Source: Campylobacterales bacterium | GTDB taxonomy: Bacteria > Campylobacterota > Campylobacteria > Campylobacterales > JAADDG01 | Assembly (NCBI GenBank): GCA_027009865.1 | Contig: JALVCR010000075.1 | Coordinates: 1-37,369 of the forward strand | Direction of reading: 5' to 3' | DNA length: 37,369 nt | Shown: positions 30,565-37,369 of the stretch, one piece after another | Layout: the number at the start of each line of letters is the position of its first letter | Position numbering within the stretch: position 1 is the stretch's first letter | Notes under the pieces: generated by a model | Told to the model about the DNA's origin: nothing | The model's database searches: none | Seen by the model: only the letters and a program-made list of their open reading frames with translations | Position numbers and translations under genes: made by a program

Positions 30565-30583
30565 TTTGATAGAATCTATCAAA
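30565..30583. promoter_or_regulatory. 19-bp perfect palindrome TTTGATAGAATCTATCAAA overlapping an extended -10 (TGaTAGAAT)
   Basis: Checked base by base. Nine complementary pairs flank the centre at 30574. TGATAGAAT occupies 30567-30575. The feature lies 21 nt upstream of the DUF507 ATG at 30604. Confidence 0.5.
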
Positions 30584-30603
30584 TTTAATTACAAGGTTTT
30601 TTT

Positions 30604-31155
30604 ATGAAACTAAGACTTCCTCACGCACCTTATATAGCGAATAAAATAGCAATAGATCTTTTAAATAGCGGTTTTGTAACATTAACCAGAGGTGTGGAGC
30701 CGGTAGTCCACTATGCCCAAAAGATTATAGAAGATGAGATTAAAAAAGAGGAGTCTCTTGAAGAGAGAGTAGAAGAGATTTTGGAAGAGAATGAAGAAGA
30801 TATGGAGTTTATGCAGGTAGACAGAAGGAATATGTTTTGGCTTATTAAAAAGAAATTAGCCGAAGATTATGGAGTCATTTTATCTTATGAAGATAGATTT
30901 AACGATCTTGCCCACAGGATTATGGATAAACTTTGGCAAGAAGATCTGATTAATTACTCCGTATCGGATAATAAAGTAAAAAATGTTATTTATAATGCTA
31001 TAGACGGTTATTATAAAAATTTCGATAAAATTGAAGAAGCGGTGATAGAAAAGATAAATAATTATAAAAGAAAAATTCCAAAAGGCTCTGAAGAGTATGA
31101 GATTCTTTTTGAAAAACTCTATGAAGAGGAACTAAAAAAAAGAGGTATGTTGTGA
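30604..31155 (+). CDS. DUF507-family protein
   Basis: 183 aa acidic protein with two related segments (PYIANKIAIDLLNSGFVTL and LAHRIMDKLWQEDLINY), as I recall for DUF507. Its stop overlaps the carA GTG (GTGA). Position matches C. jejuni Cj1495c, from memory. Confidence 0.6.
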   Translation: MKLRLPHAPYIANKIAIDLLNSGFVTLTRGVEPVVHYAQKIIEDEIKKEESLEERVEEILEENEEDMEFMQVDRRNMFWLIKKKLAEDYGVILSYEDRFNDLAHRIMDKLWQEDLINYSVSDNKVKNVIYNAIDGYYKNFDKIEEAVIEKINNYKRKIPKGSEEYEILFEKLYEEELKKRGML

Positions 31156-32303
31156 AAGATTTAAAAAATATCTACATTTACATAGAGAATGGAGTTTTTT
31201 TAAAGGCTAAGAGTTTTGGTGCAAGCGGCACGAAAGTGGGAGAGATAGTTTTTAATACATCTTTAAGCGGCTATCAGGAGATTATAAGCGATCCAAGTTA
31301 TGCCGGACAGTTTGTAGTTTTTACAATGCCAGAAATCGGAAACGTTGGATGCAACGATGATGATATGGAGAGCTCTAAAGCCCATCTTTGCGGAATATTT
31401 GTAAGAAATTACCAAGATAGATATTCAAATTTCAGAGCCAAAGAGTCTTTGGACTCTTTTTTGAAAAGATACGGTGTTTTGGGAATTTGCGATATTGATA
31501 CAAGGTTTCTAACTAAAATGATAAGAGATGAAGGCTCTAAGATGATGATAGCCTCCACCGAAATCTCTTCCAAAGAGGAGCTTAAAAATATTTTGCAAAA
31601 CTCTCCAAGAATTGAAGAAGTGGATTATATTAAAGAGGTTGGAACTAAAAAAAGCTATATTCACAAAAGCGGAGTATGGAACCCTAAAACTCTCTCTTAC
31701 AATCCTCCTCCAAAACCCCATTCTAAAATCGTAGCAATAGATTTTGGGGTAAAGAGAAATATTTTAAATGAGCTGACTCAAGTGGGGTTGGAAGTTGAAG
31801 TAATTTCTCATAATTTTAAGGCTAAAGATCTAATAGAGAGATATGAAAAAAGGGAGATTGACGGAGTCTTTCTATCAAACGGGCCCGGAGATCCTTTGAT
31901 ATTAAAAGATATTCAAGAGGAGATAAAAGAGCTTATAAAAACAGATATTCCCATTTTTGCCATCTGTCTTGGACATCAGCTTTTATCTATAGCCCACGGG
32001 TATCCAACTTATAAACTAAAATTTGGCCATCACGGAGGAAATCATCCCGTTTTTGACAAAAAGGGCAAAAAAGTGGAAATTACCGCTCAAAATCATAACT
32101 ATAATGTTCCAAAAGAGATAACCAAAATAGCGGAAGTTACCCATATTAATCTCTTTGATAATACAATAGAAGGCTTAAAATATAAAAACTCTTTTATATT
32201 CTCTCTTCAGCACCATCCAGAAGCCTCGCCCGGCCCTCATGATAGCCGATATGTTTTTGAAGAGTTTGCTAAAATGATAAAAGAGGCAAAGGATAGAAGA
32301 TAG
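31152..32303 (+). CDS. carA: Carbamoyl-phosphate synthase small (glutaminase) subunit
   Basis: 383 aa. N-terminal CPSase small-chain domain (SLSGYQEIISDPSYAGQFVVFTMPEIGNVG). GATase triad context is FAICLGHQLL and QHHPEASPGPHD. GTG start. Confidence 0.96.
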   Translation: MKDLKNIYIYIENGVFLKAKSFGASGTKVGEIVFNTSLSGYQEIISDPSYAGQFVVFTMPEIGNVGCNDDDMESSKAHLCGIFVRNYQDRYSNFRAKESLDSFLKRYGVLGICDIDTRFLTKMIRDEGSKMMIASTEISSKEELKNILQNSPRIEEVDYIKEVGTKKSYIHKSGVWNPKTLSYNPPPKPHSKIVAIDFGVKRNILNELTQVGLEVEVISHNFKAKDLIERYEKREIDGVFLSNGPGDPLILKDIQEEIKELIKTDIPIFAICLGHQLLSIAHGYPTYKLKFGHHGGNHPVFDKKGKKVEITAQNHNYNVPKEITKIAEVTHINLFDNTIEGLKYKNSFIFSLQHHPEASPGPHDSRYVFEEFAKMIKEAKDRR

Positions 32304-32341
32304 ATTTAGTTACTCTAACAGCTATTGTAAGCGTAGCTTTT

Positions 32342-33007
32342 TTGGGGAGTTTAGGCCATTGCATAGGAATGTGCGGCGGATTTGTGGTAGCATATACCAC
32401 CGCAAAAGTTGATTCTTCCAAAAGTAAAGCTTATCAATTTCTATCGCACCTTTTTTACAATTTTGGAAGAATTACATCTTATGTGATTATAGGCGTAATT
32501 TTTGGAGCTTTGGGTAGTATTTTTATTTGGAGTAAAACTACTATGGGCTCTTTTTATATAATAATTGGAATTTTTATGATTTTAATGGGATATTCGCTTA
32601 TGGGGAAAATAAAGTTTTTAACTTCAATAGAATCCTCCCTTGCAACAAGCTCTTTTGTAAAGAGAGCCTTTTCAAAACTGATTCACTCTAAATCTTTATC
32701 AAGCTTTTTTTTGCTTGGAATGTTAAACGGTTTTTTGCCTTGCGGTTTTGTCTATTTTTTTGCAGCTTCAGCCGCAAGCACCGCTTCTCCTTTTTGGGGA
32801 GGGGTTGTTATGCTGGTTTTTGGCCTCTCTACGATTCCGGCTTTGCTTAGCTTTGGATTGTTTGTCGGATATTTTAAAAATACCTCTTTTAGAGAGATAA
32901 TGATAAAGCTTGCCTCTTTAGTTATTATGGGATTTGGTCTTTATATGATTCATAAAGGATATTGGTTTATAACTGATCCAAATGCTTCCATTCATACTTG
33001 TCATTAG
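32342..33007 (+). CDS. DsbD_2 / UreH-like / TauE-type integral membrane protein (HCxxMCGG motif)
   Basis: At least 221 aa with six or so TM helices and the N-terminal GHCIGMCGGF motif. The frame is open from 32297 and encodes a hydrophobic helix (DLVTLTAIVSVAFLGSLGH) upstream of the TTG at 32342. The true 5' end is therefore uncertain (see findings). Confidence 0.7.
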   Translation: MGSLGHCIGMCGGFVVAYTTAKVDSSKSKAYQFLSHLFYNFGRITSYVIIGVIFGALGSIFIWSKTTMGSFYIIIGIFMILMGYSLMGKIKFLTSIESSLATSSFVKRAFSKLIHSKSLSSFFLLGMLNGFLPCGFVYFFAASAASTASPFWGGVVMLVFGLSTIPALLSFGLFVGYFKNTSFREIMIKLASLVIMGFGLYMIHKGYWFITDPNASIHTCH

Positions 33008-33017
33008 TTTTTTATAC

Positions 33018-33026
33018 TGGTATAAT
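33018..33026 (+). promoter_or_regulatory. Candidate extended -10 promoter (TGgTATAAT)
   Basis: tggtataat lies 36 nt upstream of the ATG at 33062. Pattern match only. Confidence 0.35.
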
Positions 33027-33061
33027 TAATTAAAATATAATAAAGAGGCAGGTTTTTTTGG

Positions 33062-33646
33062 ATGATAAAAAGATTTGTAATAACTTTATTGCTTCTTAAT
33101 ACTTTTTTATTTGCAAAATATGTTTATATAAACGAGGATATAATAACGCCGATAGATGTTCAAAAGATAGAGGCTCTTGGAAGCGAGCTTTATGAAAAAA
33201 CGGGGATCTCTTTATATGTTGCGGCCGTTAAAAAAATAGACGCTAAAAGCTACGAAGAATTTATCCAAAATATAACTAAGAATTTAAAAAAGCCTTATAT
33301 GCTTCTTTTCTTCTCAAGAGACGATTATAAAGTTGATTTTATAACCTCCCACAGGGTAAAACATCTAATAGATAAAACAAGCGTTTTGATTTTTTATGGT
33401 CCTGTAATTAGAGAGTTTTTTACCGACAAACCATATAAATATAGCAGCGGGCTTTTTAAAGGGTATATTTATGTGGCTGATAAAGTGGCAGATATCTATC
33501 ATGTAAAGCTTTTGACCAATTTGGGCGTTATAAATAGGACGATATATTACCTTTTTAAATATACGGTGTATCTCTCATGGATTATAGTTTTATCTATTTT
33601 TGGGCTCTTTTTATATAGATATTATAAAAAAAGGCAAAAAAGCTAA
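33062..33646 (+). CDS. TPM-domain-like membrane-anchored protein
   Basis: 194 aa with an N-terminal signal/anchor ([10 protein letters not shown]) and a C-terminal TM ([16 protein letters not shown]). The central layout is [30 protein letters not shown]...[18 protein letters not shown], which resembles the TPM (TLP18.3/Psb32/MOLO-1) fold pattern. Confidence 0.5.
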   Translation: MIKRFVITLLLLNTFLFAKYVYINEDIITPIDVQKIEALGSELYEKTGISLYVAAVKKIDAKSYEEFIQNITKNLKKPYMLLFFSRDDYKVDFITSHRVKHLIDKTSVLIFYGPVIREFFTDKPYKYSSGLFKGYIYVADKVADIYHVKLLTNLGVINRTIYYLFKYTVYLSWIIVLSIFGLFLYRYYKKRQKS

Positions 33647-34101
33647 ATATATTTCTTTATAGCGGCTCTTGCCTCCCTGTCTGCCTCTCTTCTTTTGATT
33701 GTCTCTCTCTTATCGTGAAGTTTTTTTCCTCTTGCCAAAGCTATCTCTACCTTTACAAGATTTTTATGGTTTAGATAGATAGAGAGAGGAACGATTGTAA
33801 GAGCTTCTTTTGTTACTTTTCCAAGAAGTTTGTCTATCTCTTTTTTATGCAAAAGAAGTTTTCTTGGCCTTCTCTCATCTGGTTTAAAATATGGATTTGT
33901 AGTGTCAAGATAGGAGATATGAGCGTTTAATAAAAAAGGCTCTCCCTTTATTATTCTTACAAAACTATCCTTTAAATTAACTCTCCCTTTTCTTATCGCC
34001 TTAACTTCGCTTCCTTCAAGAACTATGCCGGCTTCATACTTTTCCAATATTTCATAATCAAATAGAGCTTTTTTGTTTTTGGCTATGATTTTTCTACTCA
34101 T
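33643..34101 (-). CDS. smpB: SsrA-binding protein
   Basis: 152 aa with [30 protein letters not shown] and a basic C-terminal tail, typical of SmpB. Confidence 0.95.
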   Translation of the reverse strand: MSRKIIAKNKKALFDYEILEKYEAGIVLEGSEVKAIRKGRVNLKDSFVRIIKGEPFLLNAHISYLDTTNPYFKPDERRPRKLLLHKKEIDKLLGKVTKEALTIVPLSIYLNHKNLVKVEIALARGKKLHDKRETIKRREADREARAAIKKYI

Positions 34102-34859
34102 TTTATAACCTTAAAAAAAGAGCTTCCGCTTCCGCTAAAAAACATATCATTTTGATACTTTTCTAAATCTTTGCAGATATTTAGAGCTGGAATAAACAGA
34201 TCGTTTAAATCTTTGGAAGAAAACTTTTCAAGTATCTCTTTGCTTTTCATATTTTTTAAAATATCAGCCATTTTTTTGTTTTTTTCTATCATCTCTTTAT
34301 TTGCTTTTTTTCTAAATTCTTTGTAAACTTTTGGAGTCTCGCATTTTATAGGAGGAGTGATTATATCAAATTTTATAGGCTCTTCTTGAAAATTTTCCAC
34401 TATCTCTCCTATTCCAGATACATTTGCGCTGTTGTATCCGTAGATAAAGAAAGGAACGTCTGCCCCTATTTTTTCCCCCATTTTAGATAGTGTCTCTTTT
34501 TTGATTTTTAGATTTAGCACCTCGTTTACCAAAATCAAAAATGCCGCCGCATTGGAGCTGCCTCCTCCAAGACCTGCAAACTGTGGGATTCTTTTTATAA
34601 CTTTTACTTTATGCTCTTTAAAAAATTTATCAACTTTTGGGAAATCCTTTAAAAGATTATAAGCTTTATAGATGCTGTTTTCTTTTGTTTCGCAGGCAAA
34701 ATCCCCTTCTATGCTAAAGCCTTCTTTTGATTTTTCAAAGGAGAGTTCGTCAAAGAGGTTTGAGACTTTGACAAATCTTGACGCTATTTCGTGATACTCT
34801 CCTCTAAATCCTACTATTTTTAAAAAAATATTCACTTTTGCAAAAGATTTTATTTTCAT
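34098..34859 (-). CDS. ispE: 4-diphosphocytidyl-2-C-methyl-D-erythritol kinase
   Basis: 253 aa GHMP kinase with [11 protein letters not shown] at the N-terminus and the GHMP motif [18 protein letters not shown]. Confidence 0.92.
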   Translation of the reverse strand: MKIKSFAKVNIFLKIVGFRGEYHEIASRFVKVSNLFDELSFEKSKEGFSIEGDFACETKENSIYKAYNLLKDFPKVDKFFKEHKVKVIKRIPQFAGLGGGSSNAAAFLILVNEVLNLKIKKETLSKMGEKIGADVPFFIYGYNSANVSGIGEIVENFQEEPIKFDIITPPIKCETPKVYKEFRKKANKEMIEKNKKMADILKNMKSKEILEKFSSKDLNDLFIPALNICKDLEKYQNDMFFSGSGSSFFKVIK

Positions 34860-35089
34860 TTTATCCTGCTTCTTAGTTTTTCTAAAAGGTCTCTTTTTAT
34901 CGGCGAATTTGCGTTTAAATTGTTTATTTTTATGGCCTCTTTTATTTCTGCTCTTATTATCGGTATCTCTTTTGGGGCGTCTATTCCTATTTTTATATTT
35001 CCCGACTTTTTATCTATTCCTAAAATCTCTATCGTTATATTATCGTTTATTATCACTTTTTCTCTCTCTTTTCTTGTTAAAATCAGCAT
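34856..35089 (-). CDS. csrA: Carbon storage regulator / translational repressor CsrA
   Basis: 77 aa beginning [49 protein letters not shown]. It sits between truB and ispE, as I recall in Helicobacter and Campylobacter. Confidence 0.93.
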   Translation of the reverse strand: MLILTRKEREKVIINDNITIEILGIDKKSGNIKIGIDAPKEIPIIRAEIKEAIKINNLNANSPIKRDLLEKLRSRIK

Positions 35090-35913
35090 AATTTTATTCC
35101 GTTTAAGATATAAGAGACTTTGCCGTTTTCTATTTTTATTAAAGAGAGCAAATTTCTGTTTTTCAAAAAATACTCTCCGTTTTTATCTATTTTTAGATTT
35201 TCTATTTTCAGTTTTTTCCCTTTAACGATATCTTCAATATCGCCTTTGTAAAAATTTTCTTTCAAATTAAGATAATCTGTCGGATTTAGAGCCTTTTCAT
35301 TTTCATAAACAAATTTTCCCTCTCTTACTCTCTCAAGATAGGTTAAAGTCCCGTTTACATGAAGTTTTGACGCTATTAACTCCCCGATGCTTCTTATATA
35401 TCCTCCTTGGGATACTGTTATTTCCAAACTCAAAAAAGGGTGGGAATAGTTTAATATTTTGATATCGTAAATTTTACTTGTAACTTTTTTTATATCAAAT
35501 TCCATATTTTCTCTTGCAAGCTTATAAGCTCTTTTTCCGTTTATCTTTTTGGCGCTGTATTTTGGAGGATAATACTCTACTTCTCCTATTAGTGATTTGC
35601 AAACTTTTTCTATTTTATTTAGAGTAAAAGGTGGAATATTTTTAATCTCTTCTATTTTTTCTATATCTAAGCTCTCGCTTTTTGCTCCAAGCCAGATAAC
35701 TGTTTTATAAGTCTTTGGAGTCTTATCTAAAAATTGAAAAAGTTTTGTATATTGTCCGAAAGCTATTATTAAAACTCCTTTTGCGAAAGGATCTAAAGTT
35801 CCGGAAAATCCTCCTTTTTTTACTTTATATTTTTTTTTGAGCTGGTTTAAAAAGGCGTTTGAGGAGATAAAAGAGGGTTTATAAGCTACAAAGAGTCTGT
35901 TTTCGCACTCCAT
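35083..35913 (-). CDS. truB: tRNA pseudouridine(55) synthase
   Basis: 276 aa with the catalytic Asp motif [17 protein letters not shown]. Confidence 0.93.
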   Translation of the reverse strand: MECENRLFVAYKPSFISSNAFLNQLKKKYKVKKGGFSGTLDPFAKGVLIIAFGQYTKLFQFLDKTPKTYKTVIWLGAKSESLDIEKIEEIKNIPPFTLNKIEKVCKSLIGEVEYYPPKYSAKKINGKRAYKLARENMEFDIKKVTSKIYDIKILNYSHPFLSLEITVSQGGYIRSIGELIASKLHVNGTLTYLERVREGKFVYENEKALNPTDYLNLKENFYKGDIEDIVKGKKLKIENLKIDKNGEYFLKNRNLLSLIKIENGKVSYILNGIKLC

Positions 35914-37369
35914 CTAAATCCTTTCTACGTAATCTGCCAATATCTCTCTTTGAGTGCCTCCGAAATTGATTTTTAGTTTAAATTCTCTTTTTACTTTGCT
36001 TACGGCTAAAACTCTTCCTATTCCAAATATTTTATGTTTTACCAAATCCCCTTTTTTATAGGGAGTCGATTTTTCTATTACCAAGCTTCCCTTTACAAGG
36101 CCACTCTCTTTTAGGAATCTGCTTTTTATAAGAGAGCTTCTTTTTCCTCTAAAAAATCTGCTGTCTGCGTAGCTTAAAGTAAGATCTTTTTTTGCTCTTG
36201 TTATAGCCACATATCCCAATCTTCTCTCCTCTTCTATATCCGTTCCCTCTCCAATGAGCGGGAAAAATCCCTCTTCCATTCCTATTACAAAAAGATGCTC
36301 AAACTCCAATCCTTTGCTTGCGTGCACGCTCATTATGCAAATATTATCTTCGCTTATCTGATCTTGATCACTTTCAAGAGATATCTCGTTTAAAAAGTCT
36401 TCAAGAGAGTTTTCGGGATATGATTTCATATAATCTTGATAGTATCCCATAAACTCTTCTATGTTGGCTATTTTTTCATAAGATTCCGGCATGGAGGCGT
36501 AAAATTCCCTTAGTTTAAACTCCCTCTCAAGCTCCTCTAAAAGATAGAAACTTCCCTTTTGCATTTTTTCTCTAAGATAATTTAGAGAGTCTATAAATTT
36601 TACAATCTCTTTATAGGCTTTTTTTGATACTAGCTCTTTTAAATCTTCCTTATCTTCTAAAATCTCGTAAATCGATTTTTTCTTTTCAAAAGCTCTGTTT
36701 TCCAAATTGTTTAAGGCAACTTTTCCAACCCCTCTTTTGGGTTTGTTTATTACTCTTTTTAAAGAGAAATCGTCATAAGGATTTGAAATAATCCTAAGAT
36801 AGGCTATTAAATCTTTAATTTCTGCTCTTTCATAAAATTTAACTCCCCCGACCATCTTATAAGGGATATTCTCCTTATTTAGCCCCTCTTCTAAGGATCT
36901 GCTAAGAGCGTTTACTCTGTATAAAACCGCAATCTCTCCGTAAGGCACTCCCTTGTTTATCAGCTCTTTTATTCTTTTGGCAATTGCCAAAGCTTCCTGA
37001 GTTTCGTTTTGAAAATGTAAAATTTTGATATCTTCCCCGCTCTCTTTTGTGGCTTTTAAAACTTTTCCAAGTCTGTTTCTATTATGCTCTATTAGATTGT
37101 TAGCGGCCTGTAAAATCTTATTTGTGGAGCGGTAGTTGTATTCAAGCTTGATTATCTTTACATTTGGAAATTGATTTTTAAACTCCAAGATATTTTTGAC
37201 ATTTGCTCCTCTCCAGCCGTAAATGCTTTGATCATCGTCTCCTACTACGCAGAGGTTGTTTTGGGGAGCGGCTATGGTTTTTAATATTTTATATTGGAGT
37301 TCATTTGTATCTTGATATTCATCTACCATTATAAATTGGTATCTTTGGGATATCTCCTCTTTTATATCT
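35914..37369 (-). CDS. pcrA: UvrD/PcrA-type ATP-dependent DNA helicase (5' end beyond window edge)
   Basis: The frame stays open to the window edge. Hand translation gives DIKEEISQRYQFIMVDEYQDTN (motif III), so the track's Met at 37329 is internal. Further SF1 motifs are GDDDQSIYGWRGA, EYNYRST, MSVHASKGLEFEHLFVIG and YVAITRAK. The stop abuts the truB start. Confidence 0.93.
   Translation of the reverse strand, partial: DIKEEISQRYQFIMVDEYQDTNELQYKILKTIAAPQNNLCVVGDDDQSIYGWRGANVKNILEFKNQFPNVKIIKLEYNYRSTNKILQAANNLIEHNRNRLGKVLKATKESGEDIKILHFQNETQEALAIAKRIKELINKGVPYGEIAVLYRVNALSRSLEEGLNKENIPYKMVGGVKFYERAEIKDLIAYLRIISNPYDDFSLKRVINKPKRGVGKVALNNLENRAFEKKKSIYEILEDKEDLKELVSKKAYKEIVKFIDSLNYLREKMQKGSFYLLEELEREFKLREFYASMPESYEKIANIEEFMGYYQDYMKSYPENSLEDFLNEISLESDQDQISEDNICIMSVHASKGLEFEHLFVIGMEEGFFPLIGEGTDIEEERRLGYVAITRAKKDLTLSYADSRFFRGKRSSLIKSRFLKESGLVKGSLVIEKSTPYKKGDLVKHKIFGIGRVLAVSKVKREFKLKINFGGTQREILADYVERI

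Noticed and set aside
35914-37369. UvrD/PcrA-like helicase as a possible component of a defence system (Gabija- or other helicase-containing types).
   Set aside because: It carries the full housekeeping SF1 motif set. It heads the conserved pcrA-truB-csrA-ispE-smpB arrangement seen in Campylobacter. No nuclease or ATPase partner gene is adjacent within the window.

Overview
The window is an AT-rich chromosome segment whose gene order matches Campylobacterota (Epsilonproteobacteria). All calls rest on reading the translated ORFs for family motifs and on remembered synteny; no database search was possible.

Layout:
- 1-5747 (+): end of the ribosomal-protein/alpha operon, rplO-secY-map-infA-rpmJ-rpsM-rpsK-rpsD-rpoA-rplQ. 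The 37-codon rpmJ is missing from the supplied ORF track.
- 5885-11953 (+): housekeeping genes. These are an Nfu-type Fe-S protein, a TPR-like protein, murE, a thioredoxin-like [2Fe-2S] ferredoxin, panD, ybaB, ispA and tkt.
- 12106-27424 (+): a roughly 15.3 kb co-directional surface-polysaccharide island and the only clearly accessory region. It holds three GT4 glycosyltransferases, two SDR epimerases including galE, a Wzx-like flippase and a Wzy/O-antigen-ligase-like protein. It also holds a CapK/PaaK-like adenylate-forming enzyme overlapping a signal-less heparinase II/III-like protein, then a Wza-like exporter, a Wzc-like BY-kinase and a WecA/WbpL-like initiating transferase.
- 27487-33646 (+): hisZ-purA coupled to FliJ-like and MotE/MgtE_N-like flagellar accessory genes, then DUF507-carA, a DsbD_2/TauE-like membrane protein and a TPM-like protein.
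- 33643-37369 (-): a tightly packed pcrA(partial)-truB-csrA-ispE-smpB operon.

I saw no rRNA or tRNA genes, CRISPR array, IS element, integrase, prophage or recognisable defence or toxin-antitoxin genes.

The best candidate for something not yet described is the CapK-like plus cytoplasmic heparinase-like gene pair inside a Wzx/Wzy + Wza/Wzc island that lacks a Wzb phosphatase. Its function is inference only. Smaller observations:
- a 19-bp perfect palindrome over the -10 element upstream of DUF507-carA
- a conserved first transmembrane helix with no canonical start codon
- promoter-like near-repeats at both island borders
- hairpins in the infA-rpmJ spacer
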